From Candidatus Tepidifontimicrobium thermophilum (GTDB lineage Bacteria; Sysuimicrobiota; Sysuimicrobiia; Sysuimicrobiales; Sysuimicrobiaceae), in the NCBI GenBank assembly GCA_031459915.1, contig JAVKHO010000003.1, forward strand, positions 64,001 to 128,000: 64,000 nucleotides of DNA, given 5' to 3'. Shown here piece by piece: positions 29,872 through 39,037 of the stretch. Numbering within the stretch: the first letter of the stretch is position 1; each line of letters opens with the position of its first letter. The translations under genes were made by a program, and so were the position numbers. The notes beneath the pieces were generated by a model that was not told where the DNA came from, did no database searches, and worked only from the letters and a program-made list of their open reading frames with translations.

Positions 29872-31074
29872 ATGTCTACGACTGTTCCGAGGGGTTCGCA
29901 CGCAGGATCCCTCCCCACACACAGGAGCCGGGCGCCCAGTCAGGGTCCCGAATCCTTCACAGCGTTGAACTTGAGCCCGCAGACGCTGGCGGGCGTGCGG
30001 TCGCTCCGCTGGGAGGCCCCGACTCCCGTCCAGCTCCAGGCTGTCCCGCTGCTGCTGGCAGGCCGCGACGTGGCGGTACAGGCGCAGACCGGTTCGGGTA
30101 AGACTGCGGCCTACGGGATCCCGGTGGTGGAGCGGGTGGAGCCTGGTGGCGAGCCCGTGCAGGCGCTCGTGCTCGTGCCGACCCGGGAGCTCGCGCTGCA
30201 GGTGGGAGAACACCTGCGGGCTCTGGCACGGGGACGGCCGATCCGGTTGGCCTGCCTGTACGGTGGCGGGTCCGTGGGAGCCCAGCTGGACGCGTTGCGG
30301 CGGCAGCCGCAGGTGGTGGTGGCCACTCCCGGCCGGCTCCTGGACTTCCTGGGCCGGGGTGCCGTGCACCTGGGCTCGGTACGGATGGCGGTGCTGGACG
30401 AGGCGGACCGCATGCTGGAGGTCGGGTTTCTGCCCGACGTAGAACGGATCCTGGGTGCCACGCCGAAGGGGCGGCAGACAGCGCTGTTTTCTGCCACCCT
30501 GCCTTCGGCGGTCACCGGGCTTGTCCGACGGACGCTGCGGGACCCCGTGTGGGTGCGGATTGAGGGGCCGGTGCCCACCGTGGACGGAGTCCTGCAGTTC
30601 TACGTGGAAGTCGCCGAGCAGGACAAGCTCCGGGCCCTGCGGGCGCTGCTCCGGAGCGAGCCGGTGCGCTCCGCCCTGGTCTTCCGGAGGACCCAGCGGG
30701 CCGCGCAGCGGCTGGCGGACGTGCTGGGGCGCGAGCAGCTGGGGGTGGCCGCCCTCCACGGGGGCATGCGGCAAGGCGCCAGGTTCGCCGCCCTCCGGGC
30801 GTTCGCGTCAGGCCGCACACCCGTCCTGGTGGTGACCAACGTGGCCTCGCGCGGCCTGGACCTCCCTAGGGTGTCACACGTGGTCAACTTTGACATGCCG
30901 GAGGACGTGGAAACCTACGTACACCGGGTGGGTCGCACCGCGCGGGCGGGCGCCACGGGGACCGCCATTACGCTGGTGGGCCAGTACGACATGGAGATGT
31001 TCGACCGCCTGCAGCAGGTGTTGGGACCACGGTGGCAGCGCCACCCCCTGGACCTGTACGCGGGCGGGGGATGA
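29872..31074 (+). CDS. DEAD-box RNA helicase
   Basis: PTPVQ, AQTGSGKT, PTRELA, TPGR, DEAD, SAT, RGLD, HRVGRTAR. Confidence 0.95.
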   Translation: MSTTVPRGSHAGSLPTHRSRAPSQGPESFTALNLSPQTLAGVRSLRWEAPTPVQLQAVPLLLAGRDVAVQAQTGSGKTAAYGIPVVERVEPGGEPVQALVLVPTRELALQVGEHLRALARGRPIRLACLYGGGSVGAQLDALRRQPQVVVATPGRLLDFLGRGAVHLGSVRMAVLDEADRMLEVGFLPDVERILGATPKGRQTALFSATLPSAVTGLVRRTLRDPVWVRIEGPVPTVDGVLQFYVEVAEQDKLRALRALLRSEPVRSALVFRRTQRAAQRLADVLGREQLGVAALHGGMRQGARFAALRAFASGRTPVLVVTNVASRGLDLPRVSHVVNFDMPEDVETYVHRVGRTARAGATGTAITLVGQYDMEMFDRLQQVLGPRWQRHPLDLYAGGG

Positions 31075-31104
31075 GGCCCTCGACGGCGTGTTTCCCAGGG
31101 CCGG

Positions 31105-31656
31105 TCAGCGGCCCCACAGTCCTCGCCGCGTCGCCTGCGCGTCCTGCTGGCAGGCGGTGAAGCGCTCTGCGTAGCGCAGGTTTGGGGGGACTGGGTGAGC
31201 CCACGCGTACCCTTGCCGGACGAGCTCGAGGTTGAACAGCACCTGGCCCGTCCACACGTACGCGAGGAGCCGGCCGAATTCGTCTCGCTGCTGGACGTCC
31301 AGCTCCACGCCCACGGCCCGGCCGGCCAGGGACCGGCGGGCGAAGCTGTACGCGGCGTTCGCCCAGCGGCGGAGCGCTTGGGGGGGCACTCCCGTCTGGC
31401 GTGCCTGATGCTCCAGTCGCGGACCCGGGAAACGCTCGGGCGCGTCCAGCCCGATCAGCCGTATCCGTTCTTCCCCGTCGTCCAACCGGGCCCGGAGGGT
31501 GTCCCCGTCCACCACCCGAACCACGCGGGCCTCGGGTAGCGCGTCCGGCCGCGGGGGGTGGGAGCAGGGAGGGGGTGGCCCCGTGGGCTCAGCGCCAGCC
31601 AGGGCAAGCAGCGCGGCTACGAGGCCGATCAGCCCGCGCACGGCGCGCGAGGTCAC
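31105..31656 (-). CDS. Thermonuclease (SNase)-family protein, secreted
   Basis: Signal peptide; VVDGDT, IRLIGLDAPE, DEFGRLLAYV, GLW. Confidence 0.9.
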   Translation of the reverse strand: MTSRAVRGLIGLVAALLALAGAEPTGPPPPCSHPPRPDALPEARVVRVVDGDTLRARLDDGEERIRLIGLDAPERFPGPRLEHQARQTGVPPQALRRWANAAYSFARRSLAGRAVGVELDVQQRDEFGRLLAYVWTGQVLFNLELVRQGYAWAHPVPPNLRYAERFTACQQDAQATRRGLWGR

Positions 31657-32381
31657 TTTGCCTGGGCGGCGATCTCCCGAAGCCGGGCCGCAGCGCCCGG
31701 CCCGAAGACGCCTCCGTGGTAGCAGACCACGTACTCCGGCTCGAGGGCGGCGAGCTTGGCCACGGAGCGCAGGGCCTCCTCCATGTTCAGGGTGACCTCG
31801 GGGCGGGGGCCCTGTAACTGTCCGTCGGCGACCACCAAGGCGTCACCGGCTAGCAGGACCCGGTGGGCCTCCAGGTACAGGCTGAGGTGACCGGGGGTGT
31901 GGCCGGGCGTGTAAACGACCCGGATCCCACCGGCAGTGGGCAGACGCTCGCCGTCCTGCAGGTAGCGGGAGACCCGGACCCGCGGTGGGTGGTGAGCCCA
32001 CTGCTGGAAGAAAGCGCGGGCCTCGGGAGGTAGGCTGGCGAGCCGCTGGACAGACAGTTTGAGGAGCAGGCGGTGGCCCTCGATGAAGGGGGCGTCTTCG
32101 GCGTGAGCGCAGACCTGTGCACCGCTTTCCGAGGCCACCTGGGGTGCGTTGCCGATGTGGTCCAGATCCTGGTGGGTCAGGACGAGCCAGCGGAGCTGGG
32201 CGAGCTGGATGCCGTGCTCCGCGAGCAGCTGGCGAAGCGTGTCCACCTGGCCGGGCAGGCCCGTGTCCACCAACATGGGGCCCTGGGGATCCTGCAGGAG
32301 CACCGGGTGGACCGTGACCCGCGTGGCCCGGAACGGCCCTTCGAACTGGAGGACGCGGACCACTTCCGGTAGCGGACTCAT
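31653..32381 (-). CDS. MBL-fold metallo-hydrolase
   Basis: VDTG, THQDLDHIG, TPGHTPGH, GDA, CYHG; ATG 32381 with GGAGG RBS. Confidence 0.9.
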   Translation of the reverse strand: MSPLPEVVRVLQFEGPFRATRVTVHPVLLQDPQGPMLVDTGLPGQVDTLRQLLAEHGIQLAQLRWLVLTHQDLDHIGNAPQVASESGAQVCAHAEDAPFIEGHRLLLKLSVQRLASLPPEARAFFQQWAHHPPRVRVSRYLQDGERLPTAGGIRVVYTPGHTPGHLSLYLEAHRVLLAGDALVVADGQLQGPRPEVTLNMEEALRSVAKLAALEPEYVVCYHGGVFGPGAAARLREIAAQAK

Positions 32382-32494
32382 AGCCTCCTCCTCTACGCGG
32401 ATGGCTGACCGCGGACATTCTACCGATGGAGCCCGGGGCGCCGGTAGCCTAGCAGGCAACCTGCCCGGTGGGGTCGAAGGGCACCCTCGTGCGG

Positions 32495-33283
32495 ATGGAG
32501 ATCCACCCCCTCCAGGCGGTGGCCGAGCTGCGGGCGGTGGAGGGTCTGCAGCAGGCGGTCTGGGGCATGACCGACCGCGAGGTGGTCCCCTGCCACCAGC
32601 TGCTGGCCGCGGTCCGGAACGGCGGCGTGGTGCTCGGAGCGTTCGCCGAAGGCCGGCTGGTGGGATTCTGCTACGCTTTCGTGGGCTGGCGGCAGGGCGA
32701 GCGGGTCTTGCACTCCCACATGACCGCGGTCCTACCGGGCCTGCAGGACCGGGACGTGGGCTACCGGCTGAAGCTGGCGCAGCGGGAGTGGGCGCTGGCG
32801 CAGGGCTACCGGCGCGTGGTGTGGACGTTCGACCCGTTGCAGAGCCGCAACGCCTACTTCAACCTGCACAAACTGGGAGCACGGGCGGAACGGTACGAGG
32901 TCAACTACTACGGCGAGATGGACGACGAGCTGAACCGCGGCCTGCCCACGGACCGGCTGGAGGTGGACTGGTGGGTCAGCAGCGAACCCGTGGTGGCGCG
33001 GCTGGAGGGCCGCCGGGCGGCGCCGCGGCTGGAAGGTACCCGCGCAGTCCTGGAAGCGGAGGGTGACGCCCCAGGCCGCGTACACCGGCCGACGGGCGTC
33101 CTGCTTCGGCTGGAGGTGCCCGCGTCCGTCAGCGCCTTGCGGGAGCGCGACCCGCAGCTGGCCCTGGCGTGGAGGCTTGCGACTCGGCAGGCCTTCCTGC
33201 GGTGCTTCCGGGAGGGCTACGCGGCGGTGGACTTCGTCCGGGAGGGCGGAAGGGGGTTCTACGTGCTGGAGCGGTCCCGATGA
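32495..33283 (+). CDS. GNAT-family acyltransferase (probable D-amino-acid N-succinyltransferase)
   Basis: LHSHMTAV, LKLAQR, WTFDPL..NAYFNLHKLGA, NYYG..D, TDRL; translationally coupled to NSAR/OSBS; start may be 32468. Confidence 0.82.
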   Translation: MEIHPLQAVAELRAVEGLQQAVWGMTDREVVPCHQLLAAVRNGGVVLGAFAEGRLVGFCYAFVGWRQGERVLHSHMTAVLPGLQDRDVGYRLKLAQREWALAQGYRRVVWTFDPLQSRNAYFNLHKLGARAERYEVNYYGEMDDELNRGLPTDRLEVDWWVSSEPVVARLEGRRAAPRLEGTRAVLEAEGDAPGRVHRPTGVLLRLEVPASVSALRERDPQLALAWRLATRQAFLRCFREGYAAVDFVREGGRGFYVLERSR

Positions 33284-34389
33284 GGGTGGAGGCCATCGAG
33301 CTGCGTGTCGTGGAGCTGCCGCTGCGCTTCCCTTTCGAGACCAGCTTCGGCCGGGAGGAGGTCAAGCGCGCGGTGCTCGTGTGCGCGCAGGCGGACGGCC
33401 TGCAGGGCTGGGGTGAAGCACCGGTGATGGCCGCGCCGCGGTACAACGAGGAGACGGTGGAGACCGCGTGGCACGTGCTGCGGGACTTCCTCGCGCCCGC
33501 AGTCCTGGGCTCCCAACTCACGCACCCCCGCGAGGTGCGGGAACGCCTGCGCTTCGTGCGGCGCCACCACATGGCCAAGGCGGGACTGGAGGCAGCGGTG
33601 TGGGACCTCTTCGCCCAGCGGGAGGGCCGCAGCCTCCGGGACTTGCTGGGGGGAGTGCGGGAGCGGGTGGAAGTGGGGGTGAGCCTGGGCATCGAGCCCA
33701 CGGTGTCTGAGCTCGTGCGGCGGGTGGAGGAGTTCGTCGGGCTGGGCTACCGGCGGGTGAAGGTGAAGATCCGGCCCGGCTGGGATGTGGGCGTGGTACG
33801 GGAGATCCGGCGCCAGTTCCCCGACCTCGCCCTGCAGGTGGACGCCAACTCCGCCTACGGCCTAGAGGATGCGCCGATCTTCGAGGCCCTAGACGAGTTC
33901 GGGCTGCTGTTGATCGAGCAGCCCCTCGGCGAGGACGACCTCGTGGACCACGCGAAACTGCAGGCCCGCCTGCGGACAGCCGTCTGCCTGGACGAGTCCA
34001 TCGTGCACCCCCACGACGCCCGGAAGGCCATCGAACTGGGCAGCTGTCGGGTCGTGAACATCAAGCCGGCACGACTGGGAGGTCTAGCCGCCGCGCTGGA
34101 CACCCACGACGTGTGTGCGTCGCACGGCATTCCCGTGTGGTGTGGGGGCATGCTGGAGACGGGGATCGGCCGGCTGGCGAACCTAGCCCTGGCCTCCCTG
34201 CCGAACTTCCGGCTGCCGGGGGACCTTTCCGCGTCGGACCGTTACTTTGAGGAGGACCTGATCGAACCGCCGGTGGTCCTGGAGCCGGACGGGACGGTGC
34301 GCGTGCCCGCAGAGGCCGGGATCGCGCCCCGGGTCCGGCGGGACCGGGTGGACCGGGTCACCGTCCGGAAGGAGTGGATCCGGGCGTAG
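33280..34389 (+). CDS. menC: N-succinylamino acid racemase / o-succinylbenzoate synthase (enolase superfamily)
   Basis: PFETSFG, KVKIRPG, VDANSAY, IEQP, LDESI, NIKP, WCGGMLE, GDLSAS. Confidence 0.88.
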   Translation: MRVEAIELRVVELPLRFPFETSFGREEVKRAVLVCAQADGLQGWGEAPVMAAPRYNEETVETAWHVLRDFLAPAVLGSQLTHPREVRERLRFVRRHHMAKAGLEAAVWDLFAQREGRSLRDLLGGVRERVEVGVSLGIEPTVSELVRRVEEFVGLGYRRVKVKIRPGWDVGVVREIRRQFPDLALQVDANSAYGLEDAPIFEALDEFGLLLIEQPLGEDDLVDHAKLQARLRTAVCLDESIVHPHDARKAIELGSCRVVNIKPARLGGLAAALDTHDVCASHGIPVWCGGMLETGIGRLANLALASLPNFRLPGDLSASDRYFEEDLIEPPVVLEPDGTVRVPAEAGIAPRVRRDRVDRVTVRKEWIRA

Positions 34390-34439
34390 GCCCCTGGGCC
34401 TGTAAGGGTCCAGGGACGCGGGCTGGGCTGTGCGGCCGG

Positions 34440-34529
34440 TGGCGGAGGGGGTGGGATTCGAACCCACGCGGGTGTTTCCACCCTAGCGGTTTTCAAGACC
34501 GCCCCGTTCAACCGCTCCGGCACCCCTCC
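34440..34529 (-). tRNA. tRNA-Ser(TGA)
   Basis: 90 nt with a long variable arm; GCGGT-CTTGAAA-ACCGC anticodon arm, GGTTCGAATCC, G73, CCA. Confidence 0.97.
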
Positions 34530-34781
34530 GTCCCAATTGTAGGGGACGCTTCTGCATCCAGGACTTTCACGAATGGGGCGGTGGCCTCCCCGGAGGGGGC
34601 GAGGCGTCGACAAGCTTTTTGGGGTTCGATGAGCTGAGAGCCACTCCTTCGGCCGCAGGGGACACAGCGGAGCGTGCCCCTCCAGCGGCTTGCACCGGCG
34701 CGTTTCCTCCGAGTCATGTCCTCGACCTCTCGGCGTGGCGGGCGAAGGGTGCCGTACCTGAGTGGCGACGGCACTGAGCGG

Positions 34782-35357
34782 CTAACCCAGGAGCTCGTCT
34801 GCCGAGAGCGGTAAGTCCGGGAAGGCGGAGGGGGAGAGAAGTTGGCCTCGGTTGACGGCGCGGGCGTCCCGGTAGCCGTCGGGGGAAGGGTCCTGGTACA
34901 CCTCGATGCGGTCGTGCTCCAGGTCGACGAGCCAGACTTCGGCGATGCTCCCGCGGGCGTAGAGGGGCAGCTTGACCTGGCGGTCGTAGTCTGCGGAGGT
35001 CTCGGCGACCTCGACCAGGAGTAGGACGTCCTCCGGGGTGGGGTGGGCGGTGGCGTAGAAGTCGGCCCGGGGCCGCAGGAGGGCCAGGTCAGGCTGAGGC
35101 TCCGCGAACTCACCCAGGCGGACGGGGTCCTGGACGCTCAGCACCACCCTCCTCGCAACTTGCAACGGAAGGAACCGGTCCAGCAGGCGCTTGACGGTGC
35201 CCGCGTGCCTGCTGCCGACGGGACTCATTTCTACCACCTCCCCGTCGATGAGCTCGACCCGGTCGTCCTCCCTGAGGATGCCGGCACGGGCGAGGAGGTG
35301 GTACTCCTCCACCGTGAACTTGCGCCGCACCACGTGTGGCTGGGCCACTTCCCTCAC
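34782..35357 (-). CDS. Uma2 (DUF820) family PD-(D/E)XK endonuclease-like protein
   Basis: FTVEEY, VELIDG, EPQPD, VEVA, KLPLYA..EVWLVD. Confidence 0.92.
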   Translation of the reverse strand: MREVAQPHVVRRKFTVEEYHLLARAGILREDDRVELIDGEVVEMSPVGSRHAGTVKRLLDRFLPLQVARRVVLSVQDPVRLGEFAEPQPDLALLRPRADFYATAHPTPEDVLLLVEVAETSADYDRQVKLPLYARGSIAEVWLVDLEHDRIEVYQDPSPDGYRDARAVNRGQLLSPSAFPDLPLSADELLG

Positions 35358-35405
35358 CTCCCGCCGATTCTACAGGGTGCCTGAGACCCAGCGCCAGATG
35401 CCCAG

Positions 35406-36320
35406 TTACACCCGCAGCCGCGGGTCCAGGGCGTCCCGCAGGCCGTCCCCGAACAGGTTGAACCCCAACACCGTCAGCATGATGGCCAGGCCGGGGAACA
35501 CCAGGGTGTGCGGGGCCAGCTGGATGTGCTGGCGGGCGGTCGACAGCATGGCGCCCCACTCTGCAGTGGGCTGCTGGACGCCCAGCCCGAGGAATCCCAG
35601 GGCCGCGGCAGACAGGATGGCGCTCGCCACTTGGAGGGTGGTCTGGACGATGAGCACCGCGAGGGTGTTGGGGAGGATGTGGCGGAACACGATGCGCAGG
35701 CTCCCGGCGCCCAGAGCCCGGGCGGCATGCACGAACTCCTGCTCCTTCAGGGACAGCACCTGTCCGCGGACCAGGCGGGTGTACGTGGGGACGGACACGA
35801 TCCCCACGGCGATCATCACGTTCACCAGGCCCACCCCCAGGATGGTGACCAGCAGGATGGCCAGGACGGTACTCGGGAACGCTAGCAGGACGTCGATGGC
35901 CCGCTGTACTACCAAGTCGAACCAGCCGCCGAGGTACCCCGAGAGCAGCCCGAGGGGAACACCCAGGACCACGCCGATGGCCACCGCGATGGTGCCGATG
36001 ACCATGGAGAGCCGGGCGCCGTACAGGATCCGGCTCAGGAGGTCGCGGCCCAGCTCGTCGGTACCCAGCCAGTGTCGGCTGCTGGGCGGCTTGAGGCTGT
36101 TCTCCAGGTCCGAGGCGTAGGGGTCGTACGGGGCGATCCAGGGAGCCAGCACCCCGCAGGTGGCGAAGACCACGAGGACGCCCAGCCCCAGCATGGCGGA
36201 GCGGCTGCGGCGCAGCCGACGCCACACCAGCGCTCCGGTGGACACCACCCCCTGCACCCGCCCGACGGGCTCCACCGCCGCGGGCGCGACGACGGCAGAG
36301 GGGCGCGGGGCGTTACTCAT
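35406..36320 (-). CDS. Peptide ABC transporter permease (OppC/DppC-like)
   Basis: HWLGTDELGRD, EFVHAARALGA, HILPN, AEWG, GDGLRDALDP. Confidence 0.93.
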   Translation of the reverse strand: MSNAPRPSAVVAPAAVEPVGRVQGVVSTGALVWRRLRRSRSAMLGLGVLVVFATCGVLAPWIAPYDPYASDLENSLKPPSSRHWLGTDELGRDLLSRILYGARLSMVIGTIAVAIGVVLGVPLGLLSGYLGGWFDLVVQRAIDVLLAFPSTVLAILLVTILGVGLVNVMIAVGIVSVPTYTRLVRGQVLSLKEQEFVHAARALGAGSLRIVFRHILPNTLAVLIVQTTLQVASAILSAAALGFLGLGVQQPTAEWGAMLSTARQHIQLAPHTLVFPGLAIMLTVLGFNLFGDGLRDALDPRLRV

Positions 36321-37233
36321 AGCGGATCCGGGGGTCCAGCAGCCCGTACAGCAGGTCCACGGCCAGGTTCAGGGCCACGAAGGTGGCCGCGATGAGCAGG
36401 GTGGCACCCTGGATGATGGGGTAGTCGCGGGCCAGCACCGCGTCTACCAGCAGACGGCCGATGCCCGGCCACGCGAACACTGTCTCTGTGAGGACGGCCC
36501 CCGAAAGGAGGGTGCCCAGCTGGAGGCCGAGGACGGTCACCACAGGGATCAGGGCGTTCCGCAGGGCGTGGCGGTTGACCACCACCCGCTCCGCGAGGCC
36601 CTTGGCCCGGGCAGTACGGATATAGTCCTGGCCCAGCACCTCCAGCATACTGGAGCGGGTCATGCGGGCTACGATGGCCGCGGAGGCCGCGCCCAGGGTG
36701 ACAGAGGGCAGCAACAGGTGCCGCCAGGTTTCGTAGCCGAACGCGGGCAGCCACTGGAGCCGCACGGAGAAGACCAAGATCAGGTTGAGCCCGAGCCAGA
36801 ACACGGGCATGGACACGCCCACAAGGGCCACCAGCATCACCAGGGTATCCAGCCAAGAGAGGTGGCGGGTGGCGGCCAGAATCCCCGCCGGGACCCCGAT
36901 CAGGGAGGCCACCACTATGCTGGCCAGGGCGAGGCGGACGGTCCTCGGGAAGCGCTGGCCCAGCTCTTCCACCACGGGGGCGCCGTTGAACAGCGACCGA
37001 CCCAGGTCGCCCCGCACCACGTTGCGGAGGAAGTACAGGTACTGCACGGGCAAGGGCTGGTCCAGTCCCAGGGACTGTCGGATCTGGCGCACCACCTCCT
37101 CGGTGGCGGCCTGCCCTGCCATGATCTGGGCGGGGTCGCCGGGGATCAAGCGGATGGCGACGAACACCACCACCGACACTCCCAGGAGCACCGGGAGCGC
37201 CAGCAGCACACGCTTGAGCACGTAGCGCCACAC
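36313..37233 (-). CDS. Peptide ABC transporter permease (OppB/DppB-like)
   Basis: PGDPA, GDLGRS, DYIRTARAKG, HALRN, DPRIRY. Confidence 0.93.
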   Translation of the reverse strand: MWRYVLKRVLLALPVLLGVSVVVFVAIRLIPGDPAQIMAGQAATEEVVRQIRQSLGLDQPLPVQYLYFLRNVVRGDLGRSLFNGAPVVEELGQRFPRTVRLALASIVVASLIGVPAGILAATRHLSWLDTLVMLVALVGVSMPVFWLGLNLILVFSVRLQWLPAFGYETWRHLLLPSVTLGAASAAIVARMTRSSMLEVLGQDYIRTARAKGLAERVVVNRHALRNALIPVVTVLGLQLGTLLSGAVLTETVFAWPGIGRLLVDAVLARDYPIIQGATLLIAATFVALNLAVDLLYGLLDPRIRYE

Positions 37234-37265
37234 CGCGAATCACCCGTCCTATGGTACCGAATTGG

Positions 37266-37293
37266 AAAAAGGGGCCGGCACAGCCGGCCCCTT
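37266..37293 (-). terminator. Intrinsic terminator/stabilising hairpin between the SBP and permease genes
   Basis: GGGGCCGGC-TGT-GCCGGCCCC followed by TTTTT on the minus strand. Confidence 0.75.
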
Positions 37294-37313
37294 CACTCGC
37301 GTGGGACAAACTT

Positions 37314-38903
37314 CTACCTGGCGAGCCAGGCGGTGTGGGCCAGGACCCGCTCCGTGGGGTGCACCACCAGCCCCTGGACCTCTCGCCGAAGCCCCGTTAC
37401 CTGGGACTCACTGTGGAGGAACAGCCACGGGGCGTCCCGCCAGATCAGTTCCATGGCCTGCTTGTAGGTGGCCGCGCGGCGCGCGGGGTCGGTGATGGCC
37501 CGGGCCTCCTCCAGGAGCTGGTCCACCTGCGGATTGCGGTAGAAGAACCGGTTGAACCCGGCGGGAGCCCACTGGCTGCTGTGGAACAGGCTGAACAGTC
37601 CGTAGTCGGCGTCCCCGGTGACCGTGCCCCAGCCCAGCATGAACATCTCCACGGGGGTACGGTCCACGGGCTGGTTGGTGAAGCTCAAGTACGCGGCCCA
37701 CTCCATGGTCTGCAGGCGCGCGTTGATCCCTGCCGCCCGCAGCTGTGCCTGCACCGCGGCGGCGACCGCGGCGTCCTGCACGTACCGGCCCGTGGGGTGC
37801 AGGAGGGTCACGTTCAGGCCTCCGCCGTGGCCCGCCTCCGCCAGCAGCCGCTTCGCGCGGTCTACGTCGTAGGGCCACCCTCCGGGCTGGATCGGAGCGT
37901 AGCCCACGATGCCGGGCGAGATGGGCGCGTCGGACACCCGGGCGGCCCCGCCCAGCACCGTCTGCACGATGGCCCGCTTGTTCACCGCGTAGTTGAAAGC
38001 CTGCCGGACCCGGGCGTCCGTGAAGGGTGGCTTCTGGTTGTTGAAGGCGATGTAGATGGTCCGGACGCTGCTGGTCCGGTCGATGCGCAGGGCACGGTTC
38101 AGGGCGAGTCGGGTGGTCTCCCGCGGCGGCACCCGCACCGCCACATGGATCTGGCCGCCCTCCAGGGCCAGGACCCGAGCCCCGTCGTCGGGGATGGCGC
38201 GGAACACCACCTGGTCCAGGAGGGGCTTGCGGGGACCCCAGTAGTCAGGGTTGCGCTCCAGCACGATGCGGTCCCCTCGGACCCACTCCCGGAACCGGAA
38301 GGGGCCGGTCCCTACGGGCTGGCGGCCGTACGGCTCCCCGGTGGGCGGTCGCATCCCACCCGCCCGCTGCACCGCGGTGGGACTGTGGATGGCGAGGAAG
38401 TCGTGGGTGAGGTGTGCGAGCAGCGGCACGAAGGGCCGGCGCAGGTTCAGGCGGACGGTGTACGCGTCCACCACGTCCACGCCGGTGACCTCCCCGAGGA
38501 GGATGGCACGGAAGGGTGCGCGATTCTCGGGGTTGAGGATGAAGTCGAAGTTCCACTTAACCGCGGCCGCGTCGAAAGGCGTGCCGTCGTGGAACCGGAT
38601 CCCGCGGCGCAGCCGGATGGTCATGCTGCGGCCGTCCGGGGACATCTGGGGCAGGCGTTCCGCCAGCAGGGGCTCGATCCGCCCCTCCGGGGTGAGCTGG
38701 TACAGGGTCTCCGCCACGTGGGAGATCACCTCCGCGTCCGGTGAAGCGGAGGCGTAGGGACTCAGGGTGACCGAGTCGACCCCCCGACCGATGATCAGGG
38801 TGCCGCCGGCCTGCGGGGCGGACGTGGCGGGGCCGCCGGCCGCGGGCAGACCCACAGCCACAGCTAGCACAGCCGCCACCGATACGAGCAGGAGGCTCCG
38901 CAC
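37314..38903 (-). CDS. Peptide ABC transporter substrate-binding protein (family 5, GsiB/DppA-like)
   Basis: Signal peptide, FHDGTPFDA, GTGPF, RVRQAFNYA; GTG start with a purine-rich RBS. Confidence 0.92.
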   Translation of the reverse strand: MRSLLLVSVAAVLAVAVGLPAAGGPATSAPQAGGTLIIGRGVDSVTLSPYASASPDAEVISHVAETLYQLTPEGRIEPLLAERLPQMSPDGRSMTIRLRRGIRFHDGTPFDAAAVKWNFDFILNPENRAPFRAILLGEVTGVDVVDAYTVRLNLRRPFVPLLAHLTHDFLAIHSPTAVQRAGGMRPPTGEPYGRQPVGTGPFRFREWVRGDRIVLERNPDYWGPRKPLLDQVVFRAIPDDGARVLALEGGQIHVAVRVPPRETTRLALNRALRIDRTSSVRTIYIAFNNQKPPFTDARVRQAFNYAVNKRAIVQTVLGGAARVSDAPISPGIVGYAPIQPGGWPYDVDRAKRLLAEAGHGGGLNVTLLHPTGRYVQDAAVAAAVQAQLRAAGINARLQTMEWAAYLSFTNQPVDRTPVEMFMLGWGTVTGDADYGLFSLFHSSQWAPAGFNRFFYRNPQVDQLLEEARAITDPARRAATYKQAMELIWRDAPWLFLHSESQVTGLRREVQGLVVHPTERVLAHTAWLAR

Positions 38904-38946
38904 CGACCATCCCCCCTTACTAGTGGATTCGCCAGCTCCGCTTTTA

Positions 38947-38961
38947 TTCAACATTGTTGAA
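38947..38961. promoter_or_regulatory. Perfect 7-1-7 palindrome TTCAACA-T-TGTTGAA
   Basis: AT-rich intergenic region between divergent genes. Confidence 0.55.
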
Positions 38962-39037
38962 CAACCTTCCTTCAGGTCGGATCGAATGCGCGTGCGCCCA
39001 CCGTGCCACCGGGTGACGGGTGGCGTAGAGTGGAGCC

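Noticed and set aside
34530..34781. Small ORF or ncRNA between the Uma2 gene and tRNA-Ser
   Set aside because: The candidate ORF runs over the tRNA promoter and gene and has no recognisable motif; no recognisable RNA structure
34782..35357. Uma2, EVE, MazG and SNase as a defence system
   Set aside because: The genes are dispersed in ordinary contexts; MazG lies in the conserved mfd-eno block
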